Below the pieces are notes generated by a model. The model was not told where the DNA came from, did no database searches, and saw nothing but the letters and a program-made list of their open reading frames with translations. From the NCBI RefSeq assembly GCF_009914755.1, contig NC_060926.1: 64,000 nucleotides of DNA, one strand, 5' to 3'. Shown here piece after piece: positions 1 to 13,445 of the stretch (position 1 is the stretch's first letter; each line of letters starts with the position of its first letter). Source of the DNA: the human T2T-CHM13v2.0 reference genome, Homo sapiens. The position numbers and the translations under genes were made by a program.

Positions 1-1
1 C

Positions 2-303
<302 letters not shown>

Positions 304-803
304 AAGTAGTACTCTTCTTAATTGCCCATCTAATTTTCCTCTAGATAAATGTTCTATTAACCATCTCTATAACTCTCTACACATCACGACCCCCTTGGCT
401 GCCATTCTTGCTCTTTTGGTCATTATGACAATTATGATCCCCTGGCTTCTGGCCGTAAAGTGTCATCACCTGGCTCCTATTTTCCCATTGCTATTTCTGA
501 AGCAAGTTCTCCTACTGCCATCCCTGGCCAACAGAGGAGAGTCATCACTACATATTTTAGTGATGCTGGTGCTCCTCTTACCAGTGTATTTCCTATGGCC
601 TTGGTAGGTTAAATGGTGTGTCCTCTTGGCCTTCCAGTGGAACATAATCAGCTGGTGGTCTTTTAGCTATGCATCAATTTCAGTGTGCGTACTTCTCTGA
701 GTCGTTTAATCCTATCTTCCACTGTTTCCCACGGCCATTATGGCATTTCAACTTCACTTAGTGTGCACCATCACTTTTTAAAATGTTTCTATGAGCCATC
801 CTA

Positions 804-921
804 GGAATGAATTTACATTATCTCCTAGGGGTCCTAGCCAGGATGTTAAATTCTGCATCTTGGAATGAATTTACAACATCTCCTAGGAGTCCTAGCCAGG
901 GTGCTAAATTCTGCATCTTGG
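804..921. repeat. Tandem duplication, 58-bp unit x2
   Basis: ggaatgaatttaca..atctcctagg.gtcctagccagg.tg.taaattctgcatcttg starts at both 804 and 862. Confidence 0.9.
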
Positions 922-1069
922 GAGAATTTTCCTAGGTGACTGAACTATTCCTAATACAATTTATGTTCTGGTGCCTTAATTAAACACCTTCAGAACCTGG
1001 TCCCACATGTACTCCTCAGGTTCTTGCTGGTATATAATGCCTAGATTTTGCACTTGTTTCAAGTATAAT

Positions 1070-1140
1070 TTCCTTCCTTCCTTCCTTCCTTCCTTCCTTC
1101 CTTCCTTCCTTCCTTCCTTCCTTCCTTCCTTCCTTCTCCT
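1070..1140. repeat. (TTCC)n microsatellite
   Basis: Direct reading: about 16 TTCC/CCTT units. Confidence 0.97.
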
Positions 1141-2305
1141 TCCCCCCCTTTTTTTGAGAGAGTGTCATTCTGTAGCCCATGCTAGATTCTTTTTCTTTTA
1201 TAAGGGCTACAATTTCCTCAATTGGGTTAGGCTGAAACTTAATTCTAATTATGGTTCTCATAGCTCAGAGGAGAGCCGGGGCTAGGTACTAAAGAGACAT
1301 ATATTGTCTTGCAGGGCAGAGGCCTCTGAATTATCTTCTACCACCTGGGGTGGTGATGGCTGGGGATGTATGGCGATGCATGGGAGCTGGATGGAGGATG
1401 GAGGTCAGCTGTACTAGCTCTCAATGAGGAGAGGTCTAATTTTAAAGTCTCAGTAGGTCAAGAGGAGTCTAAGGAGTCAAAATCTAAGGTATCCACCAAG
1501 ATGTCCACATTTCATGTGCTCCAGTTACATGTTTTTTCAACCAAGTTCTTGGTCTTTGTACACAGACCTGCTTTGGTTGCATATATAATTGTCTTTGAAG
1601 TTTAGCCACTCTGACAATTAAGTCCTGGGCTTAGTTCTTGCTTTCTGTGCCCTCCCACTGTGGGAAATGATAGTATAAAATTGAAGAGGTCTGCTGGCTT
1701 TCACATGTGGCTTTCAATTGCCTGTTACTCTTATTCGTTTGTTATCTACTATTGGGCATCAATGGGGCTTTGAAATAATAATCTAAATGTATTACCCTTT
1801 TAGTCACTGTTTCCTCCATGCTAGTGTATTGCCTTCCATCAGTACACCCTCCCAATTTGTTACCAGGGAATGTTTTAATAACTGGATGTCACTTGGCTGT
1901 CTGTGCTCTACCTACCCATCACTGATGGAATCTTCATTGTCATTTCATGCTCCATAGTTTCACCTTACTGCTCATTTTTGAGACCACTCCCAGGGCCAAC
2001 TTTCATAGACTGGGTTCTCTGGAAGTCAGCATTGAGATGGAATTTGGGGTGCAAGATGTCTGTTAGGGATCAATTCCTATTAAAGGCAAGGGCAGAGGGA
2101 AGTGGTATTGAGAAGAAGAAGAAACCGAACTGTGAAGTAGGCCTGACAAAGCCTTGTCCAACTCAACAGGGAGCTCTGGAGTTCCCCATGTCAGGCCAAA
2201 ATTGCTCTCATATTAGGTGATTCATCGGACCTGAAGTAATTGTAAAGAAAAAAACCAACATAGACCAACATAGGTACTGAAATTACATGGTAATATATAA
2301 TGTAT

Positions 2306-2578
2306 TCTTTGAGATGGTCTCGCTCTGTCACCCAGGCTGGAGTGCAGTGACCTGATCACAGCTCCCTGTAGCCTTGAACTCCTGGGCTCAAGTGATTTTC
2401 TCACCTCAGCCTCCCTATAGCTAGGACTACAGGGACGTGCCACCACACTTGGTTAATTTTTTTATTTTTATTTTTCTTAGAGATGAGGTCTCCCTGTGTT
2501 GTCCAGGCTGGTCTTGAACACCTGGACTCAAGCAATCCTCCCGCCTCAGCCTCCCAAAGTGCTGGGACCATGCCTGGC
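2306..2578 (-). mobile_element. Old Alu (AluJ-like)
   Basis: Antisense Alu motifs (cccaggctggagtgcagtg, cctcccaaagtgctggga), diverged. Confidence 0.88.
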
Positions 2579-2687
2579 AATTTATATGGTAATATTATTG
2601 GAAGGCTAGCATTCAAATGATATGGAAAGTGGTGATAATAATTTCTAAAAATTAACATGGAAATTAAAATATATATAAAAAAATCAT

Positions 2688-2960
2688 GGCCTGGTGCAGT
2701 GGCTCATGCCTGTCATCCCAGCACTTTGGGAGGCCCAGGCTGCAGATCACTTGAGCCCAGGAGTTCCAGACCAGCCTAGGCAACATGGCAAAACGCTGTC
2801 TCTACTAAAAAATACAAAAATTAGCCAGCCATGTTGCCTTAAACCTATAGTCCTAGCTATTTGGGAGGCTGAGGTGGGAGGATCACTTGAATCCAGGAGG
2901 CAGAGATTGCAGTAAGCCATGATCACACCACAGCACTCCAGTCTGGGTGACAGAGCGAGA

Positions 2961-2968
<8 letters not shown>
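2688..2968 (+). mobile_element. Old Alu (AluJ-like)
   Basis: ggcctggtgcagtggctcatgcctg...cagagcgagaccctgtctc. Confidence 0.9.

Positions 2969-3030
<62 letters not shown>
2966..3030. repeat. Compound (TC)17(AC)15 microsatellite in place of the Alu A-tail
   Basis: Direct reading. Confidence 0.96.
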
Positions 3031-3034
<4 letters not shown>

Positions 3035-5842
3035 ATCTCACAGAAAATATATGTTGAGACTCCCTGGGACCATAGACCCATTGTGAGTCACATTCATTTC
3101 CATAACTTTAGCCTGGCATAATATCTAAATCATAGTCAATACTATGTAGATATGAAGGGATATATTTCTTTATGGTGCCCTTTATTAACACTCACTGCTG
3201 AATTCCTTGGCAAACTGCTTATTTTCTGTCAGTTCATTTTGGACTCTGAGAGTTTTCGAGCGTTCCTTCTCTCCACTCTCTAGACATAGCAGATATTTAC
3301 CCCTCAAGTAGAAGAGTTTTAGAGAATTGTTCACCTTCATGCATTTTCCACCATCTGGAACAAATGTGGATTAAATTGTTACCAGGTGGAATGGAAAGAA
3401 GAGTTAGGAAAAAGATTCAGTCTTATAATTTCCAACTCATTGGTCTTTCCACTAGACTATGCTACAGATCTATTCTATGAAGCTAGATTTGTCCCATCAT
3501 CTTAAACAAGGATCTGTGGATAGGAATGCTATGCAAACTAATTATACTTATGTCATTAATATTGCATAAGAATTATGTGCGTGTGATATACTGTCCTGAG
3601 CATGTGGAGTTGATACTACTGATTTACTATCACTAGGACATGCCTGTGAATGAACTGCTTTTCAAATGTAGTGTGATACTATTTGGTAATCTATATACTT
3701 TGATGATGTCCTCTAATATTGATGAAATGGTGGACCTTTTACCTACCCTTGAGATATAGTCTGGGGCCCTGAAGAAGAATTTTGCTGTTTTTTTCTAGAT
3801 AATTGGTTATTATAGCCCTTGAGCTCACACCCTTGGCTTAATTAGTATAAGGTTTCACAATTGAGTAAAGTGGCTTAGATATTTGATCTTTGAAATGTCA
3901 TTGCAGAAGATAAAAATGTTGTGGATATAATGTCTGTGAACATGAGGATATTAGAATGTTATAAATGTGTTCCATATGTTTAAGAGTCAAAGCAACACAT
4001 AGAAATCATTTTTTGGAAGAGTAGAGATACAGAGTTTATCAATGTCATCCCACTGATGGCAGGAGAAGAAAGGTCGTATATACAGTCTGCTGGTCGAAAT
4101 TAAAGGCATCACCAGGATGAGAAAATTCGTTGAAAATGATGGTGTGTGAGATGAAATAATCATTCCTTTTGACAATTATGAAGTTAGGATAGAGAGTGTG
4201 GGAGGTGTAAGGGTTACAAAGAGGATTAGGTGTAAGAATAACAAGGCAGAGTGGGAGGACAGCATTTAGTGCAGATGGTAATTAATGTATCGTGGCTATA
4301 TTGTTGGGCTTATTAAAACTGGTTAAAGAGATGATTTTAAAGCTGGTGAAGATGAACATTTTTCAAATAACTTTTACAAAGAACAGGTGTTACCTTTTTA
4401 TCAAAATTAGGAATGGTTGATCAATTTATGAAATGAAACATATTTTGACCATAGTAACAAAAAAAAAATGGGTGTCATGGGGATTTATGAAAGTCTCAGT
4501 GAAGTGTTTGTACCTATTCTGATGAAATCTGTATAAATGGTATACGCTGAAGCATGGTACTACTCTCTTTTAGTAAACATTGCTTTGGACAATTATGGCC
4601 TAAAAATGGTGTAAAATAGATTGTTGAACAAGTTGGGCAGAGTACACCATAAATCTAACTTTCTCAACTAAACTGGCAGTGACACTGTAGCTCATAGATT
4701 TATACATTAGAAAAGTTCCCTTATAAATTTTATAATTTCATAACATCTGTACTCCTACAGTAAATCTGCAAACAAATGTTCCATAGTAAAGAAGTCTGAG
4801 TAATCCACAATGGTTGTTGCTCATAAAACATGCTTCAGAAATGTGTTTATTCTCAGAAACACCTAATAACACAATATTAGGGGGGATAACTTTCTGTTGA
4901 AATGAAAGCCTGCTCTTCTGTGGGCAATGTAGTTGTGATCCAAGAACACTTCATGGTCCCTTGCTGATAATAGGTACTCAATAATGTTTATTGAATGGCT
5001 GTTAATGAATGAGAGTTGCATGCAGTAGGGGTAGTATCATAAATAGGCTAGCAAAAGTCATTAAGTGATGTCATTTGAGGGACTGTAGAAAGGCCATCCT
5101 GCTCCAATTCATAATCCCTAAGATCATCATCGTATTGCCTGAAATGGAATATGAGAGGTTTTTGCTGTTGAATTAAGGCATTGCTTTCTATAGAATTCCT
5201 TATAAAATGAGAAAAAATGTTTAGAAAAAGGTAACAAATTACCTACAGCACACCATAGCATATGGATTTATAGATTAGAAAATTTCTCCCATAAAACTGA
5301 GAAGTAATGAATCTGAGGTTAGGAGTTTGATTAGAGGTAGACAGAAGTACTACGACCATTGTGGTGAGGAGAACAAGGGAATTTCTTAGGATCTCTGGCC
5401 TTATTTGTTACCTGAGGTAGGTGGTTTGAAAATCTGTAGCCCTTAATGGGAAGAGGAGTGAAAGAAAATAATCAGAGGAAGATCTACTTTGTTATTTTTA
5501 TGTTGGAGAAGAGTTCAAGAACCTAAGTGTCCATTATGTTATTATACAAACTCCACCTGAGGAAAATAGCCACAGGTGACTCCTTGAATATAACATTTCA
5601 TGGTTTATGCCATGTGACTCTGGTACTCTCCTAATAGAGACTGAAGACCAGATATTGCTGCTGTAGCCAAGCCACCTATCTGGCTACTTGTTGGGTGACC
5701 TGACCTGAATAGACACTCAGGTAAAGTTGGATGGTAATTAACTCATGAAAGGAACATCTCTCTCAAGAGTTTTGAGTTCAAGATAATTGGAAGCAGAGTA
5801 GTAGAGAGAAAAGCAGAGAGACATAGGAAGTAATTAGTTTTT

Positions 5843-6930
<1,088 letters not shown>

Positions 6931-8365
6931 ATTCCAAAAATGGCAGAATTACCGTAAGACAGGCAACATATACTTGAGACAGAAGAGATCAGTATATAAG
7001 CAAGTTTTCAGGGCTCCTAGTTGGTTCCTAGAGTTGGGCTTTAAAACCACTGTTGTATCCAGAACAACAAGGAGCTGATTTTATACTTCTCTGTGTTGTC
7101 TGGGTGTATAGCAGCTGATTCGGTTTCCTGAGTTTTCTTTCTTCCCCATGTATTTGTATAGTAAATCTGTATCACTTCAGCGTACCTATATTCCCTGCAG
7201 TGCAAAAGACCCTAACTAATATAGTTTTGCTGAGTACTTCCCAGGTTCGCATATATATTATTGATGTTATAATGCTTAATCCAAAGCCTTGGCAGAATTA
7301 TCAAGTATTAGACTTTAATCTCTAAAATCTCTGGTAACTCCGTTTAATCTTAATGTCTCAGGTCTTAATAATATTTTTACAAAGCAAATTTAAAAGTGTT
7401 TGGAATTAAAAAAATACCTTAATGGAGGCATGTCATGACCCTTTAAAAATTATTTAGTTATTTGAATAGTAATATGATTTAATACCCTGACAACAGGATA
7501 ACCTCCTTTAGAACAAGAAATGTGTTTGTTCTCAGATACATCATTAGTGCCTTGCTTGTTATCTGACAAGCAGTAGATTTTTAATAGATCTTAAGGAATG
7601 AATAAATTGATGTATGCTAACACTTTATATATACTTTTTGTATAGAGAGCCTATCACCTTTTTTCCCTTGGTACCCTGACAGGTTTAGTGGGCTGGCACA
7701 GAACTCCTTACATTCAATGTAGTCATTGAATTAAAGGAGATATAACCGCAGAGGGTAGATTTCAACTTGTAGGAGTTAAGCCAGAAATTTATTTGGGTTT
7801 AAAATGTAGATGTCATTTGTTTACTTGAAAAAGCCCCAATTTTGTGTGTTACGTAAAAATAAGTACAACTAGAATAACAAGAGGTTAGGTTTTGTAACAT
7901 CTGTGTACAAATTATTATTAGCATTGCTAATCCAAGATCTTAATCACTGGCATGATACCTATATCACCACCAGATGTGAGCTTTATGAACCTAACAGTAA
8001 ATAAATGATTTAGAATAACTTTAGTATAATTTTTAAAGGAAACAAAAATGTAAACATTTTTTCCCCAAAGCTAGCTCATTGGTCCAAAGCTAGCCCATTT
8101 ATAAATGAATATTTTAAAAATGTGCCATTGTGTTTCTAAATTTCAGTTTTCCTTTCATATAAAACAAAAATAGACATCCATGAATAGTAGTTGTTATGAA
8201 AACAGAATTTTAATGGATGTACCAACATAATTAGAAAAAAATACAGAAAGATTTTCAAACAAACTCATTCCTCAAGACAAGAAACTAACTTTTGTTAACA
8301 ATGGAAAGCTACCACCAGCCACATCTGTCAATGAAATGTTTTGTAGACAGGCTTGGAATAAGATA

Positions 8366-8406
8366 TTTTAGTGGCCAAAGCCATAATTACTTTTGCAGCA
8401 ACCTAA
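8366..8406. mobile_element. Half MADE1 (Hsmar1-derived MITE), one terminal inverted repeat
   Basis: ttttagtggccaaagccataattacttttgcagcaacctaa matches the recalled right half of MADE1 (ttttaatggcaaaaaccgcaattacttttgcaccaacctaa). Confidence 0.75.
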
Positions 8407-8811
8407 CAGGTTTGAAGACTCAAATGGACTTATATACTTATAGTGAATTAAGAATATAGAAACTGCTATGTGGAGTTAGTCCACAGTTTTTCTGACCCAA
8501 TATTTAGTTTCTGCTAGTTAGAACCAAGGAGCATATTGGAGGAGGCAAACATTTCTCTCCCTCATATCAATCAAACTAAATCATTGTAAATTTCCCTAAG
8601 ACTTTATGATTCTATCATATTTCACTTTAAATAATTTTGAAGATATTTATATCATCAGTTTGTACGTTCTTGGAAGGAATGAATCCCATGTATTTACTAC
8701 TTCTTACTATTGTAATTCTTTCTTTAAAAAAATTAATTATTCATTGTTGCCATGAAAGTCAGGGTCCAGACTATCTTATACTTTGCCCTCTCTTCAAGTC
8801 TTGGCACTAAG

Positions 8812-9090
8812 TTTATTTTAATTTTTAATTTTTTAATAGACAGGGTCTTGGTCTGCTCCCCAGGCTGGAATGCAGTAGCACAATCATGCTCAATGCAGCC
8901 TGGAACTCCTGGGCTCAAGTGATCCTCCTGCCTCAGCCTCCTAAGTAAAAAAAATTAAAAACAATTTTTTTTAGAGATAGGGTCTTACTGTGTTGACCAG
9001 GCTGGCCTTGAACTCCTCATCTCAAGCGACCCTCTCACCTTGACCTCCTAAACTGTTGGGATTACAGGTGTGAGCCACCACGTCAAGCCT
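8812..9090 (-). mobile_element. Alu (AluJ-like, small internal deletion)
   Basis: Antisense Alu motifs. Confidence 0.85.
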
Positions 9091-9264
9091 TGAGAATAAG
9101 TTTAATACTTTGTACTAACTTTGAAAGCCTTTGTAAAACTGATTACCAATTTCCTTACCTACTTATCACGAGGAAAGTTGGCATTACTAATTTGTTACCA
9201 TTTGAACATGATCATTGAATATATATATATATAAATATATGAATAAATAAATAAAATATATGAT

Positions 9265-10930
9265 ATATAGTGGCCAAATACATATAACATAAAATTCACC
9301 ATTTTAATAATGTTAAAGTACCCAATTCAGTTACATTTAGTACATTCACAATGTTGTGCAACCATCTCTAAGGTCCAGAACATCTTCATTATTCCCAAAG
9401 GAAACCCCATACCTGTTAAGTATTAACTTCTCATTTCTCTCTCTCCACAAACCCTGGCAACCATTAGCCTGCTATCTGTATTTGTGGATTTACCTATTCT
9501 GGATCTTTCACGTAAATGATATTATATAATACATGGCCTTTTGTGTCTGGCTTCTTTCACTTAGCAAATTGTTTTCAGGTTCATTCATGTTGTAGCATGT
9601 GTCAGTATTTCATTCCTTTTTATGGCTGAGTAATATTGCATTGTATGGATGTATCACATTTTATTTATCCATTCTTTTGCTGGTGGACATTTGGGTTGTT
9701 TCCACCTTTTGGCTATTGTGAATAGTGCTGCTATGAACATTTGTGCATGAGATTTCTTTTTGAACACCGATTTTCAGTTTATTTGGGCATATATCTAGGA
9801 GTGAAATTGTGGGGTTCATATGGTAATTCTATGTTTAACTTTTTGAGGAACCACACAAAATTGTTTTCTACAGTGTGGACACCACTTTACATTTTCACAG
9901 TAATGCATGAGGTTTCTTTCCACTTTCACACATCCTTGTCAACACTTACATTCTTTTTCTTTAAAAAAATTTTTTTGTAGCCATCCTAATGTTTTTGAAG
10001 TATTATCTTACTGCAGCTTTGATTTACGTTTCTCTAATGACTAACAGGGTTGAGCATCTTTTCATGTGTTTGTTGGTCATTTGTATATTTTCTTTGAAGA
10101 AATGTCTATCCAAGTCCTTTGCCCATTTTGTAATTGAGTTTTGTGTCTTATTGTTGTTGAGTTTTAAGAGTTCTTTAAATATTCTGGGTGTTAGACTCTT
10201 ATCAGATATATGATTTTCAAATATTTTCTCCCATTCCGTGAGTTGTCTTTCCACTCTGTTGATAATGTCCTTTAATACACACACATTTAAAATTTTTATA
10301 AAGTCCAATTTATCTATTATTTCTTTAGTTTCTTGTGTTTTTGGTGTCATATCTAAGAATCTATTGCCAAATTCAAGACCATGAAGATTTGTCCTTATGT
10401 TTTCTTCTAAGAGTTTGTAATTTTAGCTCCTATATTTAGGTCTTTGATACATTTTGAGTTAATTTTTGTATATGGTGTGAGGTTAGGTTCCAACATTGTT
10501 CTTTTGCATGTGGGTATCTAATTGTCTCAGCACCATTTGTTGAAGAGACTACACTTTCCCCATTGAGTGGTTCTGGTACCCTTGTCAAAAATCGGTTGAC
10601 CATAGATACATGGGTTTATCTATGCACCCATCAATTCAATTTCATTGATGTGTATGTCTGTTTTCCTACCTGTACCACTGTTTTGATTATGGTAATTTCA
10701 TAGTTTTGAAATCAGGAAACTTGAGTCCCCCAACTTTCTTTTTCTTTTTCAAGATTGTTTTGGCTGTTTGGGGTTCCTTGGGATTTCATATAAATTTGGG
10801 AAGAGCTTTTCCATTTCTGCAGTAAAGGCTGTTGGGATTTTGATAGGGATCACATCGAATCTGTAGATTATTTTAGGGGAGTATTGTCATCTTAATAATA
10901 TTAAATCTTCCAATTCACAAGCACAGAATG
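9265..10930 (-). mobile_element. Old L1 (L1M-type) 3' portion
   Basis: ORF 10024-10350 (-) translates to the L1 ORF2 C-terminus (KTQETKEIIDKLDFIK...WEKIFENHISDK...KHMKRCST). L1M-type 3'UTR at left. Confidence 0.88.
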
Positions 10931-10938
10931 CCTTTTCT

Positions 10939-11232
<294 letters not shown>

Positions 11233-12162
11233 CAGAATGCCTTTTCTTCTGCTGTATGGAGGTATAATTAACAAATAAAAAAAAAGATGTACAGTGTGAT
11301 GTTTTGGTGTGTGTATACATTGTGAAATGTTTACTGCAATTAAACTAATCAACATCTTTATTTCACATAGTTGCCCTCTTTTTTTGTGAGACTAAAAGTT
11401 TACTTTCTTAGCAAACTTCAAGTATGCAACACATGATTATTAACCATGGCCACCATGCCTTACATTAGATTCTAGAACTTACTCATCCTAACTGAAACTT
11501 AGTACCCCTTGACCAACATCTCCCCATTTCTCCCACCCTTAGTGGCAACCACAATTCCACTCTCTGCTTCTATAAGTTTGACATTTTTAGATTCCACATA
11601 TAAGTGAGCTCATGCAGTGTCTGTTTTCCTGTACTTAGCTTTTTTTATTTAGCATAATATCCTACAGGTTCATGTTACAAATGACAGAATTTCCTTCTTT
11701 TCTTTTTTTTTTTGTTGTAGCAACACATTTTAATGAGCAGTGTTTTTATTCAAGCTATATAAAGACATTTATACATAAGTACATACATTCATTTAAAATA
11801 TATATAAAGTTCATTTAGAACAGGCAATTTGTTTGCTTATGATCTACATTCACAGAGGGGGAAAAAGTACATTTATTAAAAACAGGTACCACACATCTAT
11901 ATTCACCAAATTGCGTTGGTTTAAAAAAGTATTAACTTGACATACATTGCATCCATGTTTATTGTGCTACTTGCGCAAAGGAATAAAATTGTTTACTGAA
12001 TTATGTTTAGCTCTTTATTCATTTAACAAGTTCATTTAAATAAGTTCAATATTCCATAAATGACAAGCAGCTTAAATACAAGTTTGATAACTATCATTAA
12101 AAAAGTAATAAAATCAAAGTCAGTGAAATTTTCAACAAGGCAGCGTAACATCCATCACTAAC

Positions 12163-12242
12163 CTGACTAAAAGGCCGCACTCGCACTGCTACTTTCACAC
12201 TGTCAACACTTGGCGTAGGCATTTTCACCAATTTCTCATTAT
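12163..12242 (-). other. Exon-like cassette encoding a kinesin motor N-terminus (MPTPSVDSVKVAVRVRPFSQ) inside the copied 3'UTR
   Basis: Minus strand reads tttatttttctaccaaataatacAG | 20 nt | ATG(12222)...CAG | GTTAGT. VKVAVRVRP is the kinesin beta-1 signature. The donor is phase 0. Confidence 0.8.
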
Positions 12243-13445
12243 CTGTATTATTTGGTAGAAAAATAAATGCAGAAAGCACACTGCATATGCTTCACATTAA
12301 AATATTAAAAGCTTAGCCCACGAAAGCAGTTCGTTTCTAGATGATCAATTATTAATAGTCCATTCATTACACACTATCAATTACCTGTTATAAATTATTT
12401 TACAACACTTATTTATTGATGAGTGTTAGAGCCTACATCAAGTACCATTGCTTAATTGCACACAGTTGTACTGTAGAGAACAGGGCGTGTGTTGTTTTTC
12501 TCCTTTTCTACATCTACTCACTCTCTCCCAACCTTAATAATCTGTGCCTGAGGTCCTGTGAGAATTTGCCAGTTTTAAAACCTGAATATTAAGGGATTTC
12601 TGTGGTTCAGTAGCAAGCTCCTTCACAACAATATTATAAAAATTTGTTCAGACATCTCATCCTATCAATATTAGGCACATACAAGATGCACTCAATATCC
12701 ATAAACAGATTTATTTTACATTTCCCTTTGTCAAATCCTTTGATAAGGTTGCAAGTGAGCAGTGAACCGGTCAATATAACCTGGATTAGTCTTTGACTAA
12801 TTAAGACTTTAAAGAGCCTTTAAGCTTGCCGAATAAGAGATGCCAACATTATAGTTAACCAATACTTGGATTATTCATTTGAGGTAGATTGCACAAAATT
12901 TGTGAAACTACAAAGATGGCAAAATTACATGCCCATAATTCAATTTTAACATAGTAACAGCCAAAAACAAAAAAATACATTTTATGATTAGAAATCTGAA
13001 TCACAGAATCAAAGTGCATAAATTATAAAATAGTAACTGTAAAAAGAAACATCAATACTTCAATCATCCCCATTTTAAGACTGGTCTAGTATTTTAATTA
13101 TAGAGAAAATGAGACCAATGAGCATATAAAACTATTTAAACAGATATCCCCTCCCTTTCAAAAATCCAAGACACAAACGACTGTGAAGTATACATTTCAT
13201 TTAACATTCCATTAATAAGCCATATTTACATATATAAACGTATGAAGTCTTAATATAAAATAGAAAAATTGCCTGGACTGAAACAATCACTCCATATGGA
13301 GTTACTTTACTTATTGAAGACCTTCTGTTTACATACAAATTTACAATAATTTATATAAATTATTTTCTTCCAAACTAGATATTTAATAATCCACACTATT
13401 CTGATGACTTTACAAATAGGTGTACATTAAAAACTTCCCAAGAAA

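Larger units (their letters stand above)
304..2220 (-). mobile_element. Degraded ERVL/MaLR-class internal sequence plus LTR fragment (~1985-2220)
   Basis: Reverse strand weakly resembles ERVL gag-like sequence. 1990-2180 (gggttctctggaag...agatggaattt...gcctgacaaagcc...gggagctctggag) resembles old ERVL LTRs. Recalled similarity only. Confidence 0.45.

Noticed and set aside
1007-1285. ORFs with PSFL / RKEG repeats
   Set aside because: Translations of the (TTCC)n microsatellite.
3900-4750. Possible ancient CR1/L3 or L2 remnant
   Set aside because: Resemblance too weak to call without a profile search.
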